IMG/VR virus record: IMGVR_UViG_3300025135_000008
Location: 1 to 50,288 of that record
DNA: 50,288 bases
Source of the DNA: a virus
Taxonomy: Duplodnaviria; Caudoviricetes
Direction: 5' to 3' (one strand)
This document shows positions 24,326 to 35,003 of this stretch, in pieces; positions within the stretch are counted from its first letter, which is position 1; each line of letters starts with the position of its first letter. A model generated the notes under the pieces. It searched no databases. It worked only from the letters and a program-made list of their open reading frames with translations, and had not been told where the DNA came from. A program made the translations under genes and the position numbers.

Positions 24326-27300
24326 TTAGGTTAAATTTCGGGCACTAGCGCCGCCGAACACATAGGCGCCATCAGTATTGTCTGCACTTAGCAAAATAGC
24401 AGGCAGTCCGCCCACATCCTCTAAAGCAAGCAGCAGGGAATAAAAAGTACCAGCCTTAGCTGATTCACTTCCAATGTCAATTGTTGAACCACGAGTAAAA
24501 GTAATTGGCACGACTGTCGCCAGCGTGTTGTTCGTGATGCCAAAATGGCTCAATGCTGTGCCCCCAGAGGGAATTGGAATGGTGCTAAAACCATCCGCAA
24601 TGTTTCCATTAGATACATGAACTCTGGTTCCATCTGATCCATACAATTGGCCAAAGTCCCATTGTTTACCATTAAAGTCCCAAGCTACTGAATTTCGGCG
24701 ACTGGTTATGCTAACAGTTCCCCGTAAAGCCATACGCAAAAGCTCAATAGGAGCTGCAGCGGAATATCCATGGTCAAACGCAAACTTCTGCGCTCCAGTG
24801 CCGCTGCCAATTCTAAGATCTAAATTTACTAAGCACATATTCCCAAGCAATCCTCCGTCGCCGCCCATAAATACAAACCTGTTTACAGTGTTGCTTGAAC
24901 TTGAGGGAGTGTATCGAGTTAATAGCTGGAGAAAATTGTCGTCAGCGTTGTAAAATCTTATATTTATTTGAGATCCATTGCGGCAGGTCGCATTATGCAA
25001 TTGGGCACCATTGCCAATGTTTACCCATGAAACAATACAATCTCTGGTCCCGACAGCAAAACCACCATCAAGGCTTAACGTTGTCCACGCTCCACTGTTA
25101 TTCATATCAATTTCAACTTCTATATCTCCAAAAATACCGCCAGCGGAGTATATTACTGTACGAGCTGCAGAATACTGAGGAAGACGCGAAGTGACATTGG
25201 CGGTTGTTCCTCGACGTAATTTAATCTTGGGATTAGTAGCACCACGAGCGCCCAGTACAACCCATGGAGCAGTTCCGTTTGACAGCATCAGGGGGCCGGT
25301 TTCTATTCCTGTTAGTTGATCATGCACTGATACGACAATTTCTGCGCCGACAGGTACAAAAATAGTGCTCGCCTCCTCCAATGCAGCCGTCACCGTTGGA
25401 AAGATCCTGCCCCTTAGCCCTGGCGCACCTTCCCCAATAAATGTATGACCTGCAGTTGGGTATCCAAATGGAACTGAATTGTCGCCTGTAATAGGCGTAC
25501 CGCTAGCAACGTGAAGTACGACAATGGTTGCCCCAGCTTGCGCACCACTTAGCAAATTTCGTTGCTGACGCCAGCGATTCAACCCTGGCAAGGTAATTGC
25601 CTTGTCACCACTAGCATTTAACTGGGCATTATTTAATGCAGCGTTAGTGTCATTGTCAATATCGCCAACGGTAGCTAGTCGAACTGGACCCAGCGCAATT
25701 GTGCTAGCGGCGCTCACCTCAGGGAATTGCACTGAAGTGTTGACTGTCAAATTATCAACTGTAATTTCAGTGGCAGTCAGACCATTGGGGAAATCAGTAA
25801 GCTGAAAATCATCAAGCGTGCTATTGCCAACCGACTCAACAGTTAGCGTTGCTCCTGTTTCAATATCCTCTAGCCCTTTGGGCGAAACATTGAACCCATC
25901 CTCATTGCTACCCTGCGGCACCACCCGTCCGCCGATATTGTTGGTGAAGTAGTAAGTGAACTTATTTTGCGGCGACAGATCTTTCTGCGCGGCAGGAATC
26001 GACTTTGAGTAGTTCAGGAATCCTGCCCACTCCCAAGCATGACCAAACAAACGCAGGATGCTTGGACGCCTAAATTCAAGCGCCCAGTTGCCCAGTCCAT
26101 TGGCGGCACCGCCTGCAGGTGCTGTTGGGAAATCAGCAGCACTGGCCGGGTCGCGGTTTCGTGCAGCAGCAGTCTGGGGCAAAAGAGCAGTATGAGCTGC
26201 TGCAGTGGTAAAGCCCAATGCTACCAAGAACGCATGAGCGCCTAGATAGTCCGTGGCGCTGCGGTATTGGTCGCGAACAGTTCCAGTATTAGTCCAAACA
26301 GTAGTAAAATTGATTCCGCAAGTTGCAGTGTCTGCATTTGCGTCGGTATCAGTATCAAGCGTCAGGATAGGACTTTCATTCCTAAGCAAGTCTTCCGCGT
26401 CATACGCTGATGGCATATGCACAAACGTCTCGCCCCAGGTCAGCGGACTAGGAGACGCTGCTGCTGTTGTTTGATCACGCAAGCTCTGGAAGTGCTTGCC
26501 TGCAAATTTCACCACAGTGCCAGCACGATAAAACGTGTTGTTGGCATAGGAAACACTTGGAGCGCCACGACGTACTGTGATTTCTGCTGTTTTGGCCACC
26601 CCTGGCCCACCTTGCGGTCCAGTACCAGTGCCAGTAACCAGCAGCACTTCCTCGCCGCCTGCTGCCAGTGTGCGCGTAATTGCACCACCGACCCGCGCTG
26701 GATCAGTTTGAAGAGTAAAGTTACGTTCAGGCAGCCTTGCGCTTGATGTGTTGTTGAGTTGAATTGATAGCCGCCGTTCATTTGGCGAACGGGTATCAAC
26801 TAGCCGTCGAATATAAACACGCTTGCCGATGGCAAGATTGACGCCAGTATCTGGGTTTACACCTACAGGATCATTGGTTCCTGATTGCGACAGTGCCGCA
26901 GTAATCGCCACGCGATCTGGTGTGTTTTTGCTCCAAGCTGACGAGGTAAGATCTGTCCGCCAGTCATCACCAGTAGGATTCTCCACCCATACTTTGGTGC
27001 CGCCTGCCAGCGTGTAACCATCACGTAGCAGTAGCGCCGGTACGGTGTCGCTGGTTTCATCAATGGCTAGTGGTGTTGATAGCGTAATAGTGGTCGAAGA
27101 TATTGCGCTGATCGTGCCAAGAAATACTCGGCGGATATTGCCAACCTTTTCTCCTAAGTTCAACGGCACGCGAATGCGGCCTACTGTCCAGTTGCGGTCC
27201 TGTGGGAAAGCAACGGTCTTGTAGCCCGTGCTAAGTGCTGCACAGCCACCAAATGACGAGTTGCTATTGGTGACGGTGATCTCACCACCGTTGTCAGTGA

Positions 27301-28564
27301 AGTGGTGAATGCCCTGGCCAATAGCAAAGACGCTGACTTCCTGAATAAAGGCATCGTTGATTGCACTAATATGCCTGCTCAGGCGAGCAGGATTCATCCT
27401 AATGTTATCTGGAGAAGTTGAAATGTATTGCGCATAGTTTGTAGATGTCCAGTTGCCGCCGCTATAGCGCTGCCATGCTGTCATATCCTTTTGCAGGCTG
27501 ACACCAGTAAAGTTGGCGCAAACCATGCTCTTTAAGCCGCTTACCTTGGCGCCATCCATGAAGGCGCCACCAATGCCATAGTCTGAGCGAATCGAGCAGT
27601 TAAAGATGTACGGACTAGCGCTAGCTGTGGTGTCCCATGCCGGCTCTGGATTTTGCGTTGTATCAATCGGTCCGACGATTTCAAACTCAGTCTTGCGGGT
27701 AACAGTCAGCGCGCTGCCAAGATCAGCGCCAGTGCCAACAGCGCTAAATACCTTGGCGTAGAACGGATCTAGCTCCGCTTTGCTGCCGAATTGAAATGCA
27801 TCGAGTAGGTGGTGACTAGCATTCAGTCCCACCTTATCCATCACCGTAAAGCCAAAGAAATATCCCGTACCGGTGATCTTTAGCATCCCTCGACGGTTGC
27901 TGTAATCAGCAGCCTCATCTGCGGCTGCTGGCACCCATGTCGGCCTGATTGTTGTTTTGCGGAGATCAGGTCCGCACAAGCTGCAACCACGCGGCAGCAG
28001 CACACCGCCGACGCTAGCCGGGTTGAATGCGATCAACTCGGCAGGAGTTGGATCCTTGCTGGTTCCCCAGCTCGCCAAACTGGTGCTGGAGCTACCAGGG
28101 TCGTTGTACAGCGTATGAACACCTGTTGACAGCACAATCGACACACAGTCAACGTGCGCACGGGGGTCGGTATAGGTGTACCAGTTCTTGCTGGTAATAA
28201 TCGCCGCTTCAATGACAGCGCGATTGATCGTCTTAAATGGCCTGTACGGCGTAAATCCACATTCCAAGCGCTGCAGCTCAAGGCGCTTCAGCTTGCTGGC
28301 AATGATCTCCTCGTCTGTTGCGCCTGCTTCAAAGCTGTTGTATGACCCGCCTACAAATTTATCGCTGCCGGTATATGGGTTGACGTACAGCGTGAATGGT
28401 GCCGACAGCGGATCAGCTTGAGCAATGGCACCAGCGGAAACCGCAGCATTACCAGCTACTTGACGCATCAGGTCGTTTAGCGCCGCAATTTGCTGCTGAA
28501 ATTCAGCGACTGATGCAGCTACGTCAAGTGCGCCGCCTTCTCCGGCGAGCTTCAAGCTGGTCAT
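24326..28564 (-). CDS. large tail spike/receptor-binding protein
   Basis: 1412 aa; TLYVNP..GSD...PFKTINRA and EVSVFAIG...ITVTNSNSSFG resemble beta-helix spikes; tail module position. Confidence 0.65.
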   Translation of the reverse strand: MTSLKLAGEGGALDVAASVAEFQQQIAALNDLMRQVAGNAAVSAGAIAQADPLSAPFTLYVNPYTGSDKFVGGSYNSFEAGATDEEIIASKLKRLELQRLECGFTPYRPFKTINRAVIEAAIITSKNWYTYTDPRAHVDCVSIVLSTGVHTLYNDPGSSSTSLASWGTSKDPTPAELIAFNPASVGGVLLPRGCSLCGPDLRKTTIRPTWVPAAADEAADYSNRRGMLKITGTGYFFGFTVMDKVGLNASHHLLDAFQFGSKAELDPFYAKVFSAVGTGADLGSALTVTRKTEFEIVGPIDTTQNPEPAWDTTASASPYIFNCSIRSDYGIGGAFMDGAKVSGLKSMVCANFTGVSLQKDMTAWQRYSGGNWTSTNYAQYISTSPDNIRMNPARLSRHISAINDAFIQEVSVFAIGQGIHHFTDNGGEITVTNSNSSFGGCAALSTGYKTVAFPQDRNWTVGRIRVPLNLGEKVGNIRRVFLGTISAISSTTITLSTPLAIDETSDTVPALLLRDGYTLAGGTKVWVENPTGDDWRTDLTSSAWSKNTPDRVAITAALSQSGTNDPVGVNPDTGVNLAIGKRVYIRRLVDTRSPNERRLSIQLNNTSSARLPERNFTLQTDPARVGGAITRTLAAGGEEVLLVTGTGTGPQGGPGVAKTAEITVRRGAPSVSYANNTFYRAGTVVKFAGKHFQSLRDQTTAAASPSPLTWGETFVHMPSAYDAEDLLRNESPILTLDTDTDANADTATCGINFTTVWTNTGTVRDQYRSATDYLGAHAFLVALGFTTAAAHTALLPQTAAARNRDPASAADFPTAPAGGAANGLGNWALEFRRPSILRLFGHAWEWAGFLNYSKSIPAAQKDLSPQNKFTYYFTNNIGGRVVPQGSNEDGFNVSPKGLEDIETGATLTVESVGNSTLDDFQLTDFPNGLTATEITVDNLTVNTSVQFPEVSAASTIALGPVRLATVGDIDNDTNAALNNAQLNASGDKAITLPGLNRWRQQRNLLSGAQAGATIVVLHVASGTPITGDNSVPFGYPTAGHTFIGEGAPGLRGRIFPTVTAALEEASTIFVPVGAEIVVSVHDQLTGIETGPLMLSNGTAPWVVLGARGATNPKIKLRRGTTANVTSRLPQYSAARTVIYSAGGIFGDIEVEIDMNNSGAWTTLSLDGGFAVGTRDCIVSWVNIGNGAQLHNATCRNGSQINIRFYNADDNFLQLLTRYTPSSSSNTVNRFVFMGGDGGLLGNMCLVNLDLRIGSGTGAQKFAFDHGYSAAAPIELLRMALRGTVSITSRRNSVAWDFNGKQWDFGQLYGSDGTRVHVSNGNIADGFSTIPIPSGGTALSHFGITNNTLATVVPITFTRGSTIDIGSESAKAGTFYSLLLALEDVGGLPAILLSADNTDGAYVFGGASARNLT

Positions 28565-28591
28565 TCAACAAGTCCCCTCATCTCAATCAGT

Positions 28592-29644
28592 TTACTCATC
28601 TTTGCCGGAAACGACCCGGATTTGGCCAGTGGCAATAAACTCAGCGCGAAGTCGAATAAGCTCACCGGCAGCGGTAGTGACCTGGGTACGGAAAAACAAG
28701 ATGTCTGTTTGATAGTAAAGCTTTTCTTGCCGCGCTGCACCACTAAGCGCCTGAGTGCCATCACCCATCAGGAAACGAGCGCTGGCCTTGGCTCCACGGG
28801 CCGTCAACGTCAACAATTTCAGCATCGCGCTACTGGGCTGGTCTTCAATGCCAATGTCATTTGACACCTCAGCCGCAAAGCTGCCAGAGCCGCTAAGCAA
28901 CCCTTTGGCATACTCGCCAAACATGTCGCCAACGCTGGTTTGGTCGAGCTGGCCCGCATCCACCTCAAACACCCATTCATTGAGGTCGCACTGCCGCTTC
29001 CAGCCGCGTACCTCCGGGTCGCTGACGATTGCCTCAATCGCGTCCGGCAGGGGGCTTACAGGCTGCTCATCAAGCAACACGGTGATCTCACCGCTAAGCA
29101 CCTTGGCAGCAGTATCGGCCAAAAACTGACGGTAGCCGGTGTCGCTATTGGCAATTGCAATAATCAGTTTGCCAAAAGCTACATTAAACAATTTAATCAA
29201 GCCCTGCGTGCCGCCATTGATCGCGTCGATTTCATTGCTATAAAAACGCAGATTGTCCATCGCGTCACGGTGGACATACGCCTCAAAGACTTTGGTCAGG
29301 CCAACCTGCTGAGCGCGTTCGTAAAACGGTCGAATGCCGACGTTGGCCGGATTGCCATAGAACCCGTTACCGCCTGTGCGAGCTGTCACTGCCGGGCCAA
29401 CGGTGTACGGACCAGTGCCGTAAAAGCTGTAGCCACCGGGGCAGTCAGGTTGATTGCCACCAGCAGTGTCAAAAGGTACGCCACGTTCACAGAACACCAG
29501 CACCTTGTCGCCTGACCAGAAGGCAGGCTCTTCTACGTCTAAGCCGAGCTTGGCACCACCAGCAATGCGATTATCTCGAATAATTGTTGGAGACGGCCAA
29601 TCACGGCTTAACTCGACCGTGCCGCCTGTGCCAAGAATTGCCAT
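28592..29644 (-). CDS. tail protein (tube-fold-like with large insertion)
   Basis: C-terminal LDQTSVGD......G..SGSGS aligns by eye with the 132-aa neighbour. Confidence 0.55.
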   Translation of the reverse strand: MAILGTGGTVELSRDWPSPTIIRDNRIAGGAKLGLDVEEPAFWSGDKVLVFCERGVPFDTAGGNQPDCPGGYSFYGTGPYTVGPAVTARTGGNGFYGNPANVGIRPFYERAQQVGLTKVFEAYVHRDAMDNLRFYSNEIDAINGGTQGLIKLFNVAFGKLIIAIANSDTGYRQFLADTAAKVLSGEITVLLDEQPVSPLPDAIEAIVSDPEVRGWKRQCDLNEWVFEVDAGQLDQTSVGDMFGEYAKGLLSGSGSFAAEVSNDIGIEDQPSSAMLKLLTLTARGAKASARFLMGDGTQALSGAARQEKLYYQTDILFFRTQVTTAAGELIRLRAEFIATGQIRVVSGKDE

Positions 29645-30042
29645 CAGAATCTACCTTCAGGTTTGCCGGACACAACAAAGGAGATGTTTACGACAGTGTT
29701 GTCGCCAACGCTATTGCTGATGCCCTGGCTAGAGATAAACACCTTGCCGGTCATCGTGCCTTGCGTAGTGCCACGTCGCAGCACCATGGTCAAATTATCG
29801 GGCTCGTCATTGTCATTCAGAATGCGATTCATCAATTCGGTAGTCGTGTTGTCGTCAGACTTGTACAACAACGTGGCGCTGCCGCTGGTCGTGCGCTTGC
29901 CGTAGGTGTAGGTGTCATCCAGCTCGCCAATGCCTGTCGTTTCAAGCGTTGCGCGTGCTTTATCAAAACTGACATCGCGCACTTTGGCGACTTTCTGGCC
30001 GTTCCAGCGCAGTTCGCCGTGGGTTGCATTGATGATCGTCAT
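29644..30042 (-). CDS. tail-tube-fold minor tail protein
   Basis: VAKVRDVSF....LETTGIG.....YG.R..SGSATL...ISF.VSG pattern. Confidence 0.6.
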   Translation of the reverse strand: MTIINATHGELRWNGQKVAKVRDVSFDKARATLETTGIGELDDTYTYGKRTTSGSATLLYKSDDNTTTELMNRILNDNDEPDNLTMVLRRGTTQGTMTGKVFISSQGISNSVGDNTVVNISFVVSGKPEGRF

Positions 30043-30054
30043 TGGCTTACTACG

Positions 30055-30456
30055 CTATGGAGAGATTCTAAGCTCAGCACGCAATTGCACGCTTACCGAT
30101 GCGCGGCGCCCAGGAACGCGCTCTACGGTTGGAGTGGACTGATTAAGGAAAAACCACTGGGTTTCTGTTTGACCCAAAATCCGCAGCAGACCTGGGTCTT
30201 GGATTCCATTGAAAATGACCAGCGGGAATACAACGCGCTCTAGTGGTCCCCTTGCAATCAAATAACATTCAACAATTTTTGCAGCATCTGTATTGCTAAT
30301 GTTTGTGAAGCCAAGTTCAAGCACCGCGTCACTGGGAAGGTTGCTCCATAGCCGGTAGCTACGAACGCCAGACTGCGCACGCGTTTCTGTAACGGGATAT
30401 TGCGGCGCTGTGAATTTACAAGCCGTTGGTTGAATTGACGGAAATTGAACGGTCAT
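30055..30456 (-). CDS. distal tail (gpM/Dit-like) protein
   Basis: FPSIQP...QSG.......LELGFTNI...VSVQL; tail-tip position. Confidence 0.55.
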   Translation of the reverse strand: MTVQFPSIQPTACKFTAPQYPVTETRAQSGVRSYRLWSNLPSDAVLELGFTNISNTDAAKIVECYLIARGPLERVVFPLVIFNGIQDPGLLRILGQTETQWFFLNQSTPTVERVPGRRASVSVQLRAELRISP

Positions 30457-33400
30457 CGCTCGATTACCCAGGCATCGGCTCTATTCCAGTCTGCCACCAC
30501 CTCAAGCTGACTGCTTGAATTGACAGGCATATGCGCGGCTTCAATTTCAAACGCGCCGTCCTCTGAAGGCGTAATGCGATTCACCTGATACGTGCGCACC
30601 TGAGCGTTAGACGGTCTCAACGTAAAGATTATTCCGACTGGTGACGCTTGCTGGCCACGCACGATCAACGTGTTCTCGGTTGGCGCTTCCTTGCCGCCAT
30701 CCCAAGAAATAATGTCGTAGGAGCCATCAGCCAGTGGTTGAGTGCTGACCAAGGCGCCTGTAGCCGTCACTGCGCCATTTGTGAATTGGTCGTAGCTGGT
30801 CGTGTCAAGCGCCACGCGAATGTAGTCACCTGGCGACAGTGAGGTGCAGATACCCTCAAGGCCGTCGTAGGTGGTGCGGAATTTAACGCTGTGATCACGG
30901 TAACGACGCATCCGCAGCCGGAACTTGGCAATGTCAATTGCGTGTTGCTCGTTGGTGCAAAAATCACTTACGTCAATTGGCTCAATGGGTGATTGATCAG
31001 TGCTAAGCCCACCAGCTTCGCGGACTAGCACCTCGCGCTCTGAAGAAAACAGTCCAGGACCAAGTGGGTCAACGTCACTGCGCTCTTGCCGCCATTTCAC
31101 GCTCACTTGAATTGGCTGACGCTCGTCAGGTGGGACGGTTTCAAACTGAAATGAACCATTGGCGATGTTGCCCGCCGTAAACAGCGCTCGCGGCGCAACG
31201 GTTCCAAAAGTGATGAAAGGCGCAAGTTGATACCTGCCATTCACTTCCCGGAAGTCAAGCAGCATCGAAGCCGCTGTGTCTGCTGTCCACTGGCGTGGTG
31301 ATTCACTGCCAGGCAACACTGCGCCATCGTAAAAATAACGGCGATCTTGACACCATTGCGCAGCCTCGTGAAATGCTTCTAGATCAATAAGGTCATCGCT
31401 AATTCGACCTGGGCCGTATTTTGGATTTGTAAAGCGGTCAAGCACAATGTCCGGGAACAAATGCGATGGGCCTGCCGTTAAGTTGTTCAGCAATCGACGG
31501 ATGCGAACGCCACCAGTTACGTAAGCCGAAAACTGACTAAATTGCGACCATTCAACAGAAGAGCGTATGTTGACCCCAACCAATGCAATGCCTTTGTATT
31601 CTGGCGCTTTAGTATTTACAGCGATTTCGTTAACGTAAACAATTTCGTGTTCAGGGCCTTGCTGCGCAGATGATTGCGCATTGTCGTAAACAAAACTTTC
31701 CGCCAGCTTGCCCCATGCGTCTAAATAGTTATCTTCGTCAACCAAAGTAAAACCCATACCGCCGCTGCGCAGCGTGGAATTGATCGTGAATTGATCTTTG
31801 TTACGAAGAACTGTTTGACCGTTTGCGTACCATTTTACGGTTCCGCTTGTATTGCTGACAACACTTGAAAGTTTTGCATCAAGGATAACTAGGTCACCGG
31901 CTGCGACATTGTTCCGAATCTCCCAACCTGACAGGGGTTCAAAGCGAAACTCCCACTTACCGGTAGATGGCATTTCCAAGCGCACGTAAGAAAAGCTTGG
32001 CTGCTGCGTCATTCCGCGAGTGCCATAGCAAGGACTGAGCTGGCTAAATGCATCTTCAGTGCCTGCCTGCCTGTAGCTGATTCGGAAAAAGCTATAACGC
32101 TCTTCAGAAACCGTCACCTGACCAGATTGATATTGGTCAACGATTAGCGTTGCGCCACGCTTAATCCGATCACCTTCCCTAAACAGACAGGCTCTTCCAT
32201 CGGACTGCGCCAAAGACAGGCTATTGCGAAAATCGCACAAACCATTTATGCGCTGACCCAGGGTAGAGCGAATGCCGATTTCCACCACCTTGCATTCGCT
32301 TGATGTAGAAAAAGTTGCCAATGCCACTTTGAACAGATGCGCTCCGCCAGTTGCGTTCCGCCTCGTAACCGTATCGGTCCCTGGCTTTTGCAAATCAACC
32401 AGCGAAACTGTTCCAGCGGTGCCGCTACGCACAACCGTAAATTGAGCGTTTATGCTTTGACCCGACCCGGCAATGCCTTGGTCCGAATCGCTTAAAAAGA
32501 TCTGATTGTTAGGTGATCGCTCAGTGCAAACCGCAAGAGCTGATCCAATTTTGTAAACATCACCAACTACAATTGCATCGTCCCATGTCTTTTGACGGCT
32601 CGCGACCGAAGAGCCAACATCGCTGGCAGTTTCAACATATGCGCCAAGCTGTTCAAAATTAAAACCAACATCAGAACGCAAACGATTTGGGCTAGTCAGC
32701 GTCTGAGGAGCGCCAGAATCTTCAGCTACTTCCAGCAGGAACTCTGTAATTGTGCCAGCGCCAGAGGGGTTGAAGCTTACGTCAGTAACAACGCCATCTA
32801 CGTTCTTGACTTGAGTAACTGAGCCAATGCCAGACTTGGTGATAATAATGTCAAATGGCGCAAACAGTTCAGCGTCAATTGTGGTGTTTTTTAGCGTAAT
32901 CCAGTATTCGATTCTGTACTGACCATTGACAGCGTTGGTCAGCGAAGGCAGCGCAGAATCTACGTTAAAGGTTGACTCTGCAGTTGCCGTGCCGCTTGTT
33001 GTGTTAACTGAAGCGGTCGCAACGGTCAAGAAACTTAGCCAGTCAATGTTTAGCTTGTTACCGCTTGCATCGTAAATAGGCGTTTCATCGTTAAGCTCTT
33101 TCCCTGACACCCATGTGCCCGTTGTCGGCACGCCTGAAGAAAACTCAGTCGAATAATCGCTTGTCCTGTCAAGTACATAAGTGAAGGATTGGCCTACCGT
33201 AAATGCGCCCGTTGTGATTCCAGACCTAGAAGAAAAGTAAGCATTAAATTTTTGCCGTTGAACCGTTGCGATATTGTCTATGTTGCAAACAACAATAGCA
33301 TCGCCTTTCTTGCCTACTGGTTTTAGATTTGCGTTAACAACTGGCCTGACCGATGGGTTAAGTTTGAAGCCAAGGTTGTTGCCAATTAGCGAGTAAATGC

Positions 33401-34166
33401 CAAACGTCGTTGAATTTGATGGCTTGCTGGATGCAGAAAAATCAGCCGCATATGCATTGCCAACGCTGCGTAGCTGGAAAACATCAGCCGCTCCATCGTT
33501 TTGAGCATTGGCAAAATCATTGCCAGCACTTCGACCAGCAATGCGATCCGCAGAGCTGATGCGACCACCATCAGGCTTGTAATAAATTGTCAGCCGACTG
33601 GAAGATTGATTCGCCCCAACGCTCAACAGGTCATAAGCAGAAATGCTATTGCTACCAATCGCAAAGCCTAGGGACTGAACGCTGTCGATTTCGCCTTCGC
33701 TGAGCATAAAAATTGCTCTAAGCAATTGGCTGCCACCCAGGCTCCAAATTTGCGACCACAACAGCGGCGTGTTAACCCGAATGCCTCCATACAACCGCCC
33801 ATCAAGATTTTCGCGCCTTGCGTAAACAATTGGAATTGGCGCTCCCCTGGCTGCAACATCTTGCACAGCGTCAAAGCCAGATCGCGGTGCAAATGTCTGC
33901 AACGATGTTTGCCCTTGCCCTGTTCGCTGTCTTGCCTCCAGCAAGGCTGGCCTAGGCGTCCTAGGGCGTGGCGCTAGTGCTGCTGCAATAAGCGACAAGC
34001 CAACGCTAATGACCACGCTGACCAGAATTGACACAGGGTCGAGCCCGGCCACTACAGCAGGCTGCGGACCCTGCTGCGCACGTCGCCGCAACTCATCGCG
34101 CCACACTTCATATTGCTCGTCTGTTAGCTCAAGCAGCTCAGCGATGTAGCGATCAGATGGCAGCAA
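30453..34166 (-). CDS. tail tip / central tail hub protein (gpJ-like)
   Basis: 1237 aa; GAPIPIVY, LSEGEI, YFYDG, LFTAGNI; follows the L/K-like genes. Confidence 0.7.
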   Translation of the reverse strand: MLPSDRYIAELLELTDEQYEVWRDELRRRAQQGPQPAVVAGLDPVSILVSVVISVGLSLIAAALAPRPRTPRPALLEARQRTGQGQTSLQTFAPRSGFDAVQDVAARGAPIPIVYARRENLDGRLYGGIRVNTPLLWSQIWSLGGSQLLRAIFMLSEGEIDSVQSLGFAIGSNSISAYDLLSVGANQSSSRLTIYYKPDGGRISSADRIAGRSAGNDFANAQNDGAADVFQLRSVGNAYAADFSASSKPSNSTTFGIYSLIGNNLGFKLNPSVRPVVNANLKPVGKKGDAIVVCNIDNIATVQRQKFNAYFSSRSGITTGAFTVGQSFTYVLDRTSDYSTEFSSGVPTTGTWVSGKELNDETPIYDASGNKLNIDWLSFLTVATASVNTTSGTATAESTFNVDSALPSLTNAVNGQYRIEYWITLKNTTIDAELFAPFDIIITKSGIGSVTQVKNVDGVVTDVSFNPSGAGTITEFLLEVAEDSGAPQTLTSPNRLRSDVGFNFEQLGAYVETASDVGSSVASRQKTWDDAIVVGDVYKIGSALAVCTERSPNNQIFLSDSDQGIAGSGQSINAQFTVVRSGTAGTVSLVDLQKPGTDTVTRRNATGGAHLFKVALATFSTSSECKVVEIGIRSTLGQRINGLCDFRNSLSLAQSDGRACLFREGDRIKRGATLIVDQYQSGQVTVSEERYSFFRISYRQAGTEDAFSQLSPCYGTRGMTQQPSFSYVRLEMPSTGKWEFRFEPLSGWEIRNNVAAGDLVILDAKLSSVVSNTSGTVKWYANGQTVLRNKDQFTINSTLRSGGMGFTLVDEDNYLDAWGKLAESFVYDNAQSSAQQGPEHEIVYVNEIAVNTKAPEYKGIALVGVNIRSSVEWSQFSQFSAYVTGGVRIRRLLNNLTAGPSHLFPDIVLDRFTNPKYGPGRISDDLIDLEAFHEAAQWCQDRRYFYDGAVLPGSESPRQWTADTAASMLLDFREVNGRYQLAPFITFGTVAPRALFTAGNIANGSFQFETVPPDERQPIQVSVKWRQERSDVDPLGPGLFSSEREVLVREAGGLSTDQSPIEPIDVSDFCTNEQHAIDIAKFRLRMRRYRDHSVKFRTTYDGLEGICTSLSPGDYIRVALDTTSYDQFTNGAVTATGALVSTQPLADGSYDIISWDGGKEAPTENTLIVRGQQASPVGIIFTLRPSNAQVRTYQVNRITPSEDGAFEIEAAHMPVNSSSQLEVVADWNRADAWVIER

Positions 34167-34539
34167 GACGTGGCCTCCAGAATTGAACAGGCATCATGGC
34201 TAGCGGAACCCACTGGACGCCACGACGGTGATGAACGCGCAACACCCCTTCATCTACCATAATACTGATTCCAAAGCCCGTGCCATTGTGATGCATACAC
34301 ATGGCATACGGTTCAGGGTCACATGGTTCCATCAATCGACGCCATTCGCGTTCCAAAGCTGACCATTCGCCATTGGCTGCCATTGCAAACCACTGTGGAT
34401 CCAAGGGCGGCGTAGGCAGGCCAGCCGCAACACGTATCTTATGCGCCACAACAAGGCAATCAGCGCCAACTCCATCGTCAGGGTCCGCACCAATCTCATG
34501 CGGCAGTTTTTGTTCAATCCAGCGGTGGTAATTGATCAT
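34153..34539 (-). CDS. NlpC/P60-like tail tip assembly protein (gpK-like)
   Basis: GADP..G.GADCL motif; position between gpL-like and gpJ-like genes. Confidence 0.6.
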   Translation of the reverse strand: MINYHRWIEQKLPHEIGADPDDGVGADCLVVAHKIRVAAGLPTPPLDPQWFAMAANGEWSALEREWRRLMEPCDPEPYAMCMHHNGTGFGISIMVDEGVLRVHHRRGVQWVPLAMMPVQFWRPRLAAI

Positions 34540-35003
34540 TGCAACGTAAGAGTGCCCGTGACAGGCAATGAGCCGACCAATTCTTGAGAAAGTACGCGCC
34601 CGCCACCATTGCGCACAGCATCCAGGGGTGAGGCAAGTTGCAAGCGGACCACAGGCTCGCTGCTGTCATGCTGCACTTGCTGTGTCGCCCAATACTCTGA
34701 TTGCAGCAAAGGACCAAGGCTTAAATCACTGCGATTGACCAGCACAGTCTTCACTTCCAGCAGCCAGTCCTCTTCGACTGCTTCGGTAAAAATGTTAAGC
34801 GTCAAAGCACTCATCGGGGCGCCTAACACGGCTTCGCTTCGGTCGCCGCCTGCGCTAGATGCATTTGTTGCAACTGCAACTGGCGCGTAAGGATAAAATC
34901 CACCTTCGTAATCAATTGACTGGCCGACATAAAAATTCTGAGCAAGCCAAGGCGTAAAAAGACCATTGCGTCGCTTAAACCGAAGAAAGTTACAGAGTTC
35001 CAT
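34536..35003 (-). CDS. minor tail protein (gpL-like)
   Basis: Follows the tape measure gene; LQLASPLDAV...LVGSLP. Confidence 0.55.
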   Translation of the reverse strand: MELCNFLRFKRRNGLFTPWLAQNFYVGQSIDYEGGFYPYAPVAVATNASSAGGDRSEAVLGAPMSALTLNIFTEAVEEDWLLEVKTVLVNRSDLSLGPLLQSEYWATQQVQHDSSEPVVRLQLASPLDAVRNGGGRVLSQELVGSLPVTGTLTLQ

